A DNA stretch of 63,999 nt, counting the filler, from Asterionella formosa (lineage: Eukaryota), in assembly GCA_002256025.1 (NCBI GenBank). It is 14 parts of 14 records of this genome, joined end to end, with 100 filler letters (N's around TTAATTAATTAA, not from the genome) between each part and the next. Parts side by side here need not be neighbours in the genome. Positions count along the whole stretch, not along the records: positions 36,750 to 41,231 come from NKIB01013499.1; positions 41,332 to 45,812 come from NKIB01013500.1; positions 45,913 to 50,391 come from NKIB01013501.1; positions 50,492 to 54,970 come from NKIB01013502.1; 10 more parts are not named here. The stretch is one strand, 5' to 3'. The notes beneath the pieces were generated by a model. The model saw only the letters and a list, made by a program, of their open reading frames with translations, did no database searches and had not been told where the DNA came from. Both the position numbers and the translations under genes were made by a program. Each line of letters opens with the position of its first letter. The stretch's first letter is position 1. Below, piece by piece: positions 38,701 to 50,957 of this stretch.

Positions 38701-40836
38701 CAACAAAATACATAGCTAGCACTCATGCCGTGCATGGCGACAGGACTAGCAACTTTTTCATTCCTTTTCCTATAACAATTACCTGAGTAGTTTTGTTAAA
38801 TCATCTTTGCTCCAATACCCACCCACTTCCACATAATATTAATACCCCAGCGCTATTTGTTGAAAGAATGTTGTCGCAAGAACACTTGTTTCTGTTAATT
38901 GTTTGCATGGGTTCGTCTGCCATGACAGCTAGCTTCCACCATGATATTGATTGGCCATATCTCCGAAAGGAAGCAGCTCAGGGTAGGTGGACATTCATTG
39001 TTGTCTCCAATTGTTCAATCTCTATGTATAGATATATATAAATATATTTCATGATACCTATTATGAATTCACATTGAGGGATTGTTGTGCTCAACAAGTG
39101 TCACAAGAAAACAACAAGACGTTTTGCGAGGCATCTCCTTCTTGTTTGAGATGATTTCGCTGTGGCGATTTGTTCCTGGAATATATCTAGTCATCTGCGC
39201 CTTTTTGATTTTATTGTCAAGAGAGGACTTGTTTTGTCCGAAAGGATAGGCAAAGAAAGGGGAGGGCGTTTCACTCCCCAGTGTATGAAGACTAACAAAG
39301 TTTAATGACAAGAGATAAAATAGTAAACGAATTACAGTCGGTACTGGTACTCCAGGTTGCAACAATCAATGCTCCGGTTGATTCTTCTTGAGCAACAGAC
39401 AGCACTATCTGCATAGTACATACGTCGTAGTGTGATGAGGAGTGGGTCACATGTACAAAGTATTTATGATCTGCTCGTAACTGGTAGTACCGCGATAGTA
39501 ACTAGAACCAGGTACTTGGTATTTTAGAATGAATGTACAAAAAGAAGGAAGTTGCGGTAACTTTGCGTTCTCTTTATCCCATATCAAATTGTTTATTTAA
39601 GCAAAATGACCGCATCTGGTTGCCGTACATGCAAGCTGAGGTCATTTTCCTCAAACGGACAACGTGTTACCGGACAGTGTCATATGTTATCATAAATAGT
39701 ACGAAAGGACATCTTCTGTTCATAGCACGATTCAGCGAAATAAATAGCGGAATTCTTCTAATTGCAAAAACTAGGACACAAAAGCATATGACTATGACTT
39801 TCCGGAAAACATTATGACTTTCCTCAGGAAATTCCTATGAATTTCAGGAAACTTAAGGAAATGTCAGGAAGCGTAAGGAATCACAGACTCAACATAGGAT
39901 GAACAACACGTGTCACCTGCTTCTTGTATTTCACTCACATTCTTCAAGGTCGATATATGGAAACAGTAGGAAAAGGGGGTGAATGTTCCGACCACTTGAC
40001 TTGCAAAATAAACTTCGAGTACATGTTTTTCCAAACCAAATGTTAAACCTCAGACCAGCTATCCAATTTAAACGCCCCACCATAACCTCCTTCACCAACT
40101 CAAGGAGCAAATGGATCATTGACGTCCATTAAATCCTAGAATCATACCCACTAAATCCCCCCCCCCCCTTTTCCTCTTCTTTCTTCTTGCTCTCTCTTCT
40201 TTTCTCCATCGATTAATTGCCTCAATAATGACCTATGGTACAGTTAACCTTATAGGCTCCTCTATACAGACCATATACCGGTACTTGTTTTCTCTCACTG
40301 TACCGGTAGAGATTTACACAATACACAATGCACAATGTGTATGTATACCTGGTACCTGGTACCAGTAAAAAACTGCTGTGACCCACTAAAAAAAATTTGG
40401 AACCGCTGAGACCCGCCACTGAACAGGAGAAAAACACGGTTTGACCCTACCAAATGCAGATTTGTTAATTTTAAAACTTAGACCCCAATCCTGAGCATGT
40501 ACGCTTTAAGGCTACCGGTATGCCATTAGATAAAGTTTATAGCAATTGGTTTCTCCTAAAATATTGGTTGAAAAGTGCGATCGACGAAAATATTGCCAGA
40601 ACACGGATTACCCCATGTTTTGAGGACTCACTGTTATATGATATACGCAGCTTGATACAAAAATATCGCCTTCGATTTATTTGTTGTATGATTCCTGTCA
40701 TATCCTTATCCCTGTCACTTGATAGTGCCTAAGTAACTTGAGCATCATAAAATAAGCGCCCTTTCACCCATACACTTGGAAGGAAATGTGTACATACCAC
40801 TATAGAATATTTAGCTCATGATATGCATCCAAACTA

Positions 40837-41231
40837 TGGCAAAAAAGAAATCGACTGTGCCTTCGGGCAAGGCGGCTCAGTCTATTAGCAGCACAAACAA
40901 AGCCAGGATGATTGAACATTGCCTATTAAACATCTCTACAAATATGGAAGTGTTGAAAGCGAACAATAATGGAAAACTACAATATGGCGCAATTTCTCGT
41001 GCTGTGCACGATGTACAAGAACTTGTCCCATGGGTGACTACCAGAAAGTGAAATACTTTCTAAGGAAAATGAGGTTATCTGGTGGCACCAGTAGCTACCA
41101 GCACGGACAAACAGCCTGCTGAGGAGGATGTGCATGAAGCATCACAAGAAAGCGAAATATCTATGCTGACAATGGAAGGTGTAGAAAATTACAGCTATAG
41201 CAGAAAAATTCATTATCATTCTTCCATTAAT
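40837..41231 (+). mobile_element. Possible N-terminus of a pogo/Tc5-like transposase
   Basis: NNNGKLQYGAISRAV...LVPWVT resembles N-termini of diatom DDE transposases. It is frameshifted and no catalytic motif is visible. Confidence 0.3.
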
Positions 41232-41714
41232 NNNNNNNNNNNNNNNNNNNNNNNNNNNNNNNNNNNNNNNNNNNNTTAATTAATTAANNNNNNNNNNNNN
41301 NNNNNNNNNNNNNNNNNNNNNNNNNNNNNNNGGGTGGCAAAAGACAATCGCTGCCCCTATACAGGTGGAAGCACCTGCGATACAGGAAAGGTAGAGTGGA
41401 GTCCAATCATCATTGTTGACCTTGATAACTACGTCCAAACCATCGGTCATCGTCGCTGGTAGCAGTGGGTCTTTTGCTGCTACGACTATACCGGTACATG
41501 TCTATCGAAGTAACTTCGACACAATTTTACCGTCTCGTGTCCGCTTTGTCTTTCTCCATCTGTATACCGTGTATGATCATATGGACGTCATAGGAATAAG
41601 ACTAATACGAACGGTAGAATGAACGAAAAACGAGCCAAGAATATAGTTAAATATCGTAAATGGCTTATTCAGTTCGTTGCTAAGGAAGTAACGTGACTGG
41701 AAGAAATCAATGCT

Positions 41715-43226
41715 GCTTGAATGGAATGATGTAAACAACAATCGACACATCGAAGTATACCCATGGACCATACACAACATGTCCAAGTCATCATTTTCCA
41801 GTCTACACATGTACTTTGGAGGTGGGGGCAGCTGTCAGAACCACAACCTCTGTCCCAAAACATTTCTTGCCTCTGGGTAGCTGGAAACTATGTGCTAAAC
41901 CTTTTTAGTCAATCTTGACAACCTTCTAGACGACTGATTGTCTTCTTCGTTGTAATAATGACAACATACCAATTCCTTTGCAACGAGCTTGCGAAAACAG
42001 AGCAAGCCATCAACTTCCCGTGTCCTTATAGAATTGTTTATATGCAAGTATGGCATTTTTTGCCATGACTGAAAGGAGCAATTATGACAATCTATTTGAA
42101 CACCATTTTGTCGCCCATTCCACTTCCAAACTTATTGGGGAATGCCTCGTTGCATTATGATTGTCAACAGCATGACATGCAAAACTTATAGTGATTATAG
42201 AAAAGCATTATAAATGTCATCTTTTCTGATATTCATGATCTGCGCACACTTCACCTCCACCATTCTCATTCCACCATTTTTCAATCCATCTGAATGGTTA
42301 TAGGTTTGCCCTAAACCTTTTGATCAAAGATAAACATAATTTAATCATTACAGAGCTCCGAAGGAGAGATTAAATCAAATAACTGGAAGGCAGTCGACTT
42401 CAAATGAATTGGAAATGATGAAAAAATTGGATGCTCTGCCTTTGATCCATTCAACTGGCTCCTGTCGCAAATTCCTGACTTATCCCACTCATTGTGAAAC
42501 AAATCGTTTGCAACTTCTTTGTGAAAAACCTTTTCAGATGGTGCTGGGGCATTGTCAACACCAATATCAACAAATCTTGCTGGGATGGCAATATCGTCAG
42601 TGTCAAGAACTGCGCCAATAGTACACTTTAAAAGTTTTAGAAGCTCTGAAGGCATCACTTCACCTTCTGTTGCCTCCTCAAGTAAATAATCGCCTTTATC
42701 ATAGCAAAATGTGTCTCGATCACCATCGGAAATGATCTAGAAGTGATTTTCAAGGGCATACAGCTCAGTCATATAAACATCATCTACAGTCCCGGGAGCA
42801 GTGACCATTATTGCCATCGCATCCTTACCTCTGATTTCCTTGAGCTCCCTCTACCGAAATGTCATTCTTTCAAGTCGATGGTCTTTTGCGATGTTCACAT
42901 GATGGTTTCAAATCCACAGAGATAGGTGAATGTACTTGGAAAGGCATGAAACGACGGCACCTTTGCCCATTGTCAAATTTTGTTTTCGCGCCATCCCGCA
43001 CAGATATTTTTGAGATTTTTTGGCAGGCAGACTTCTCATGTACCTGAAATTTTTTAAACCTATATAAGCTTATTTCCATTCATACCTACAGAAACATAAA
43101 GTTCTGTAGATTTAGATTAAGTTTTCAGAAATGAAATATCCGTTGAATTGAGCTAGGGGCAAGGGATTGAAAACCCAGACTGAATCCAGTCTAATAGACT
43201 GAAATCAGTCTAGCCGGAAAGAATCC
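41715..43226 (-). mobile_element. Internally deleted piggyBac-like (DDE_Tnp_1_7) transposon
   Basis: DNAPAPSE, EWDKSGICDR, FQLFDL, AVDNHNATRHSPISLEVEWATKW, FRKLVAKEL and a Cys-rich C-terminus. The 5' end region is shared with 55809-56330. Confidence 0.75.
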
Positions 43227-44689
43227 GATATCAAATTGGTACATATCACCTGTATTGTCATTGTTGTCTTCCTTGTCACCCTCCTGTTAACTCACTTGTC
43301 TTGATTGGTTTCTCACAACATCACACTGGTTGATTTTTGGTTTAGGGAGCCGCTTGGAGGTGAGGGAATTGTACCTGTTCCAATGAACATCGAGAATCAG
43401 ACTGGATATTGTTGCAAACCTTGTTTGTCAACCAAAATCTCATTCAGTTGTCAATTTTCATACCTCCTCTTTCTCGCTGAAGCAGCGATAACAAAGATAT
43501 GAGGAATGGGTAACTGATTTGCAAGAATCTAATATGTATAATAATTATCGTCAAAGAATATGGTTTAGTATAAATATATTCATACATGTATTTATGTAAT
43601 GTTTACCATCACACCACAAAATCAACTGAAATTCATTAGCTGATGGAAAGTATGCTAAAACCTGTTCTCGTACAAACAACCTTACATTGGTATCTATAGG
43701 TGATGGAGGGTATGCAATAACACGGTCACGTAGAAACAGCCCACCATTAGTACCTATATTTAGTACTAGCAATCATGCATCATTTACGAGACCACTAAGT
43801 TTTATCTGTTAAGTTTGATGTCTATATCCTATTCGGTCGATAAATGTATATTGGTAATCATAGTATGATGAAGTATATCATTGATATCAGAAAATAAATG
43901 ATCAAATTTAATTCTAAGAAGTAGGATATATTGATGTTCAAAGTAAGATCAAAAGAGCTAAATAGCTCTTGTTTTCCATGATCATTTTTTGGCAATCTTT
44001 TTTACCAGAAAGTAGGATGATCTGTTATTCATAAAGTTTGATTTGTTTATCCTACACGTTTGATCAAAGCATATTTATCATATGATAAACAGTGTCAATG
44101 ATATGAGAAAATGAATCATCTAATTATTATATGATTTGTAATGAAAAAAGTGGTATGACTCCCGCTAATTGAGGGGCTTAATTAAATCACTTACTTGTAG
44201 GAACAAGAATGGATATGGAAAAATTCAAAAACAGTACATCAGGTTGTGGAGAACAATGATAGTATCTTCATGCATTGTAAGTATGTGAATTATGTATAAG
44301 CTTAACTGTTGATAGTTTCAACATGATGTGCAATTTAAAGAGTATCTTTGAACTTGAAAGTGTTCAACTGTATATGAATATCTATATGGCTGTTACAATT
44401 TCTTTAATGTATACATGGCTAATAGTTACATTTGAAACCATGTTTAACGGTTCCTTTTTATGCATACTGGTACACATCTCAAGATGAAAGATCACATTAG
44501 CCACAGCATGATAAGGAAAACTGAAGTGTGTTGCTATTGACTTTCAGCTAGTAGTTCAAAAGCAATGAAGGCAAACAACAAAGAGTGGAAATCTTTACAA
44601 TTGAAGCAGTGATGATGCACCAGTGATGATGCACCAAATCAGTTTTATGCAAATATTAATTATACGGTGTTTGTTTATGTTTTTATACA

Positions 44690-45075
44690 TAATCATGAAT
44701 GGGAAGCAAGCATTTGTTGTGGTGTAAACAAGCAATCATAACTAACAATATGCTGCTTCTTTTCGTCACTGCAAGAAGGATTTAAAACAAATTGTAAATG
44801 GATCTGCATCTCATTTCGGTAGTAGGACCTATGGAATGGAGCAAATTGGCAAGCAATGTAAAACCCAAGTAAGACAAAAAAAAATGAGCAAAAATTGATG
44901 TGAGGGCAAGCAGAACTAGGTAGATCAGTGATTGTCAAACAATTCTTTTCGAAGTTGAGTGACGTTGAGGAAAGTAAGTTTGTCTATGATCGACATGAGA
45001 AGTGTGGGAAGCAAGGGAAAGGCTCAGTCAACCAGAAGCTTCGCCATCATGGTGCAGGAATCAAAGAACAAGTTA
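44690..45075 (+). repeat. Dispersed repeat family D (inverted copy at about 56670-57070)
   Basis: gcatttgttgtggtgtaaacaagcaat...ggacctatggaa...aaaggctcagtcaaccaga matches the reverse complement of 56670-57070. Confidence 0.8.
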
Positions 45076-45283
45076 TACGCCGGAATTTCACCAAAAATAT
45101 ATTTATGATAAAATTATTTTGGCACAAATTAGTTTGGTATTTCGAAGCGCGCCCAGTTTAGTATTAATTTTAATATCACAGTATATTGTTACTCCGTGCC
45201 GCAGTTGCTCAATTAAGAGTTGATTCCAAACGTTCACAGTTTTGTGGTGCAATCGAACAGAATTCTTTCTTGAACACCACGAA

Positions 45284-45812
45284 ATGCAAGTCATGCAACT
45301 ACTTCAAACTCTTGGGATTTATTCCTTGCGAGCTTTCTTGGCTTATGCATCTTTGTGCTTTGTGTTTCCTCTTGTCGCTGCATACCAAGAATACAAAATT
45401 TGGAAGCCCAGGGGTTTACCCTCAATTTCTGTTTACGGATTGATTAAAGTGTATTTTTTTAACGTTCTTTGGACTGGATTTTGCCTTCTAGGGGCTGTCA
45501 TCATCTTTCCAAAGTGGCTACTGACTGGTCATGTGGAGCATGAAGCCCATTCCATTGTCGAGCGGAAAGTAGCTCAGCTTTGTGTCGACTCCATGGTTGG
45601 CCCAGTCGAAGTCAGAGGCCGAGAAAATCTTCCACCGAACAAACCAGGATCACCAGCGCCAGTGTACATTGCCAACCACGCCTCGCAAATTGACGTCGCC
45701 GTAGTTTATTATTTGTGGCGTGAATTCAAGTGGATTTCCAAGGCCAGTGTCTTGATGTTGCCTGGCGTTGGTCAAATCATGTATCTAGCCAACCACGTTT
45801 TTATCAAACGAA
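45284..45812 (+). CDS. plsC: 1-acyl-sn-glycerol-3-phosphate acyltransferase (PlsC/LPAAT family), 3' truncated
   Basis: VEVRGRENLP, catalytic NHASQID (NHx4D), FKWISKAS, PGVG..M...HVFIKR. N-terminal TM segments. Runs into the spacer. Confidence 0.9.
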
Positions 45813-45929
45813 NNNNNNNNNNNNNNNNNNNNNNNNNNNNNNNNNNNNNNNNNNNNTTAATTAATTAANNNNNNNNNNNNNNNNNNNNNNNNNNNNNNNN
45901 NNNNNNNNNNNNGAAGGATAGAGTACGTA

Positions 45930-46131
45930 GGTAATCTTCATATAGACCCAGAAGATACCATTTGGCGAGAAAGTGCAGAAAGGAACTTCAGTTTTTTACT
46001 AGGCCAAATGAACCAGGAGTTGGCCCTGTAAAATCCACTTTTTTCAGCATAGTAAAAAAACCGTGTTCCTTTCTGCACTCTCTGGCCAGATCCTAGCTAT
46101 ATGCTGACTATATATACTGGTAGTGTTGACC
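45930..46131. mobile_element. MITE family B (copy 2)
   Basis: TA-flanked, ggtaatc...gttgacc, colinear with 30053-30246. Confidence 0.8.
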
Positions 46132-46675
46132 TATGTACCACTAGTAAGCGAATGGAAAGGGAGTATGTATTGGTGAAATCTCCGTTTGCGATGTACGAAG
46201 AGAGTGTTTGTTTGACTACTCTGACTTGATACATTTTAACCCTACCTCGAGCTAGGGGTTCAAATGCAGGAACCTTAAATCATTTGTTGGTTGGTTTGCA
46301 TAATCGTGGCAACATGTGACTCACAAGGATATCATGATTTTGTATAGCGCTAGGTAGTTAAATACATGAGAAATTTAGCTATCTTTTTGCTGTGAGTAAG
46401 AACCGTCTTTTACCTCCTTTGTAGTACTGGCATCATGTTCATCGATATTATTTTGTCTGCTGGTTCCCTCGATCGTCATGATTTCGTAGGTTGTAACTAT
46501 GTATACCGCGTCTAAATACCGTAGTGCCTGGTACTTGAACCTGTTATCAGCCTGCCGACAACGTCAAGCAACATTTCTAACCTTGCTGCACAAAAAAATC
46601 ACAAAGAATCGATCATTGCTGGCCCGAGACAAGTACTAGCTACTGTTTAAACTGCTGTCAGCTGCATTGGAAAGT

Positions 46676-47317
46676 ATGCAAATCATTTCTGCGCAGGAGG
46701 CAACATCTGATGACTTCGCCATCGACCACGTCGAGGCTGAATTGGAACGAATGTCACAATTACCTGCTCATGAAGGCATTCGATTCCCAACCGCCTGTCT
46801 AAATCGTTTGTCAAGGCAATCTCCAGAAAACGAAGTTTGCATGGACTGCCGAGCCCCCGACCCCGAATGGGCCAGTGTCCACTTTGGGTGTCTATTGTGT
46901 AACGACTGTTCTGGCGAACATCGCGCGATGGGCCGTCGATCTATTGTTATCCGACACTTGACAATGGACAGTTGGTCGTATGAACAAGTATTGACCATGC
47001 TAGAAGGTGGAAATCACAAATTGCAGCGATACTTTGAAATATATCGATTGACAAGTGACCAAGGCCCTCGACGATACAATACCAAGGTGGCAAAGTACTA
47101 CCGATCAAAACTAGCGACAAAAGTGCGAACCAAGATTGCGGGGTCAACAGGATTCGTGCGACAACAGGCATTGCCAAAAGTAAGTCGAAGAAGCACCTGG
47201 ACCTTCGGTAACAGGACGCAATCCTCGGAGTTGGATTCTTTACACGAGGACGAATGCTATGATAATGGTGGACAATCATCGTCTGATTCTAACTTCAAAA
47301 TATCATCATTTGAATAG
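46676..47317 (+). CDS. ArfGAP domain protein
   Basis: CMDC-x16-CNDCSGEHR zinc finger with the catalytic Arg; WASV, MDSW and MLEGGN motifs. Confidence 0.92.
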   Translation: MQIISAQEATSDDFAIDHVEAELERMSQLPAHEGIRFPTACLNRLSRQSPENEVCMDCRAPDPEWASVHFGCLLCNDCSGEHRAMGRRSIVIRHLTMDSWSYEQVLTMLEGGNHKLQRYFEIYRLTSDQGPRRYNTKVAKYYRSKLATKVRTKIAGSTGFVRQQALPKVSRRSTWTFGNRTQSSELDSLHEDECYDNGGQSSSDSNFKISSFE

Positions 47318-47980
47318 ATGATCATTCAACGCACCGAAGAGGAAGCTAATCTTAAAATTTATTTGATTGCGTCTAGCTAGCAGCGACTCTTTAACAAGGC
47401 TGCAACTAGGGATAGCATGACTATGTCATCAATACATTTCAGACCATTTTCCGAGATGACATATTTAAGTTCAAGACAGGGCAGGAAACAACCTGCATGC
47501 TGTCCCCGTATCCAATTCTACTCACAGCAGCTTATCATAGGTTGTAGTGTGTAGTGGCTGGGACCGCCGAGACAAGTAAAATAAGTGCATGCTACCTGGT
47601 AGGAGGAGTACGGATGGTACCAGCTACTATTTCTACTGGTCGTTCCTCGCTTTGATGCGTGAAATCAAACATACCAGTATTGCAGGTACTCGGAGTACTG
47701 AACCTGCTACCACCAGGTACAAGGTACTTCCAGGTTACCAGGTACTCAAATTTAAAAAACAGGAGAAATACTCTACAGTACTCTATGATGTGTATATAAT
47801 TTCCATTATATAAAATGTGAAGACTGAATTTTAGCTATTACTGGCATAAACTATCAAAAAATAAGGGCAGCTATGATATGATGATGATACATGAGGAAAC
47901 CTCATATTGTGCGCCATAATATTATTTTGGACTTGAAACAATTCAGATCTCATTATCGTTGGCGTCGAAACTAGTTACAC

Positions 47981-48665
47981 ATGACTGCTGGAATCATTGC
48001 AAGCGGAAGACTTGCACAGGTAAGTAGAAAAGAGGAATATCATGGAAATGCTTGACTATCTTGAATTGATTGAAAACAGCGATGAGATAAGATACCGGTA
48101 GGCTTGTTGCGACGCTTACGAATCACCCTCATTTGCACACATCAGGAGCGTAAAAAGTGGAGAAAGGACCATCCTGTTGGTTTCTATGCCAAACCTGCTT
48201 CAGCTGGCGATGGTTCTGCCAATTTGTTCTGTTGGGATTGCAAAATACCCGGAAAGGTGAGGAATTCATGAAAACTCAACTCCAATTCTTGGGTTGCCGT
48301 CACTGTATCCTAACGTTACGAATGTACAGGAAGGGACGGACTGGGAAGGTGGCTTATATTCTCTTAGAATTTTTTTCCCAATGGACTATCCAAACAGTGG
48401 ACCCAAAGTGGCATTTGCTCCACATTTCTTCCACCCCAATGTCTACCCTAGTGGTGACGTCTGCCTTTCCATTTTGAACAACTGGTCACCAGAGACTTCG
48501 TTGAAACAAATTCTAATTGGAGTGCGGGACCTCTTGGACAATCCAAACAACGCGAGTGCAGCGAATCATGCAGCTTTCGAGAGTTACAAGAAGGCGAATA
48601 AAGCGGAATATAACAAGAAAGTCAGGGAACAGGCATTAAGATATCGTCCCGTTGATGACTTTTAG
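47981..48665 (+). CDS. UBC9: SUMO-conjugating enzyme Ubc9-like (3 exons, 161 aa)
   Basis: Exons 47981-48019, 48146-48256 and 48330-48665 (GT-AG, phase 0). RLAQERKKWRKDHPVGFYAKP, IPGKEGTDWEGG, FHPNVYPSGDVCLSIL. Confidence 0.9.
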
Positions 48666-48761
48666 ACTGTAATGAGTCAACCGTTGAGCTTGAAGCTAGG
48701 CAACTATGAATGTTCGAATCTGTTGTTGAGATATTGTAATTAATAATTGAACAATTTCAAT

Positions 48762-49856
48762 TTATTTAATATTCTCATATGTTGTTTCAAATAGATGATA
48801 TGGAAACGAGCCTTTCATGCTCATTACCCACCCTTTCAATTCGGCCTTGCTCATTTTTCTCGCGTATGCACTTACGTTCAGTACCTGAGAAATATCCGAT
48901 ACTGGGGAAAATCCATTCTTATCGACGGCGGAAAAGTAATCGAGATACTTGAACTGACCTTCTGTCTGACTAACTGTACTATTGTTCCATTGAAACCACA
49001 ATGTTGGAATTCTCAGAGCATCAGACTCAATTATTCCGTGTAAGGAAGTGGAGGCCACGTAATCGCATTCTGTTGCAAGTGTCTCAACAACGGGCCGCCA
49101 ATGCTGAAACACTGGAATGATGCGCATTCGCTTGCCTAGTTGACGTTTAGCTGTGGTCGTATCATGTGCATGGGGAACAAAGCAAAACCGAGTCGAATTG
49201 GCCTTCGCTTTAGCAACTTTTTGCATGGTTTGAAATTCCGGAAAGAGGGTAGGAATAGCCAAGCCCGGATCCCCCAAAGATATAGCATTTTGGTGATTCA
49301 ATCGCTTTCGCACTAATTCTTCTGTTAGTTTTCCTCTGACGGCATAAATCGTGATATTTGCGGGAAATGCACCTCGCCGATTAGGATTGATGCCCGTTCC
49401 CCAAATGTGATCGCCGCTTCTCACTTTGTGAAAGACTGAACCCAATGTGAACAAACAGACTCGCTTCTCTTTGAGTCTCAGGACTTCGTCAAACTTTAGG
49501 TTCAGCCTTGTAATATTCTGAGCAGAGCATCCAAATAGATTTTCAACGAGTTTCTCAGCAACGACGGGACCAAGCTCATCTCCAAAGTTTCCACCATTGG
49601 CAAGGTTCACAAAGTTGCAAAATGCCATCCTCTCGTCTCGAAACTTAACAAGACATTTTCTTTCATGCAAAGGAGGCTTATCAACAGTGACGCTTTTATT
49701 CACTTTTCCTTCTTTTGTCGGTTTATCATGTTTTGGAACCCTTCTTCGATTCGCTGAAGTAGACTGATGAAGCCTGGCCTTGTTGGCTGAATCGCTGTAA
49801 GTCAGGAATAGTAGTACAATCAGCAACAAGACCACCAGGACGATGTTGAATGTCAT
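48762..49856 (-). CDS. Polysaccharide pyruvyltransferase-family (ExoV-like) type II membrane protein
   Basis: 364 aa, intronless, N-terminal TM anchor. Motifs NFGD, LGSV, IWGTG, AVRG, GDPG, VPH and SLHG. Confidence 0.8.
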   Translation of the reverse strand: MTFNIVLVVLLLIVLLFLTYSDSANKARLHQSTSANRRRVPKHDKPTKEGKVNKSVTVDKPPLHERKCLVKFRDERMAFCNFVNLANGGNFGDELGPVVAEKLVENLFGCSAQNITRLNLKFDEVLRLKEKRVCLFTLGSVFHKVRSGDHIWGTGINPNRRGAFPANITIYAVRGKLTEELVRKRLNHQNAISLGDPGLAIPTLFPEFQTMQKVAKAKANSTRFCFVPHAHDTTTAKRQLGKRMRIIPVFQHWRPVVETLATECDYVASTSLHGIIESDALRIPTLWFQWNNSTVSQTEGQFKYLDYFSAVDKNGFSPVSDISQVLNVSAYARKMSKAELKGWVMSMKGSFPYHLFETTYENIK

Positions 49857-50957
49857 CAGGACTGATTTACTTGTGGCTTAATTTCAGTTCTCCCTGGAAT
49901 CTTCAGATTCGTTTAACATCGTCTTCCACTTTCCCTAAATGCTTGAACAGATGTCTACGGACGGCGAGGTGGCCTAAAAAATGTTGTGAGGTTGGTAATC
50001 ATTATATGCACATTTTGTATGTACAGAGAACCTGGTACCTAATGGATGAGCGAGCACAGAAGCGTTGAAAAATGGGGATACGATATTCTGCTATATTTTT
50101 GGCTGAAAATTCTCCCCTTTTTTTCAGCCACGCTGACGTTTTTTCCACTCTACATATGGCTGGGTGCACGTTTGGACTCGATTGGGTATAGCCACCGTAG
50201 ATCTAGTATGCGTTTTTTAGTCTAAATGAAATTTCTATATTACGATATAAAGCTATGCATGTACGTCTGCAAATAAAAACCATCATATTTCCATGATGCA
50301 TCATAGGATTATGATCATCTGATCATAATTTTTCGTTATATCATCTAATAATTGTGATAAATGCCCTCGTAATTTAAATAGTAACCCTTTTNNNNNNNNN
50401 NNNNNNNNNNNNNNNNNNNNNNNNNNNNNNNNNNNTTAATTAATTAANNNNNNNNNNNNNNNNNNNNNNNNNNNNNNNNNNNNNNNNNNNNATATATATG
50501 GCTGCGCGGGCTCGTTTTGGCGTTGGGTATGTTGGTGGGGAGGGAGATACCGGGATTTATGTGTATTGGGAGCGATAAGGAGAGGACGGTACCTGGTACC
50601 AGTACTAGGTACTATCCGGAGTATACCTGGTCCTGCCAGAGGACGAAGCTACAGCCATATAGTATACCGGTATGTCCCCCCCCCCCAATATATATAGGCC
50701 GGGAGGGTCGAGAGTTATTTGCCAATGTACTAAAAATATAACAATGAGGTAAAATGAATGATCTTCCTGCCAATGCACCTGCCATGCATTTGCTTTTACA
50801 CCCTACTGGTACATTCGTTACCGGTAGACTCCTTCCGTAATACCTCGTAGGTCCGTTTTCGACCAAACACATAAAACAAAGGTCGAGCATCATCATTGAG
50901 GGTAGTTTTATTCAAATTCAGCATTCACGTCATTCCAATTACACACAGGAATCTCTC

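Noticed and set aside
36750..39000. Possible LINE tail and Gypsy protease remnants
   Set aside because: Similarity is too weak to support by eye.
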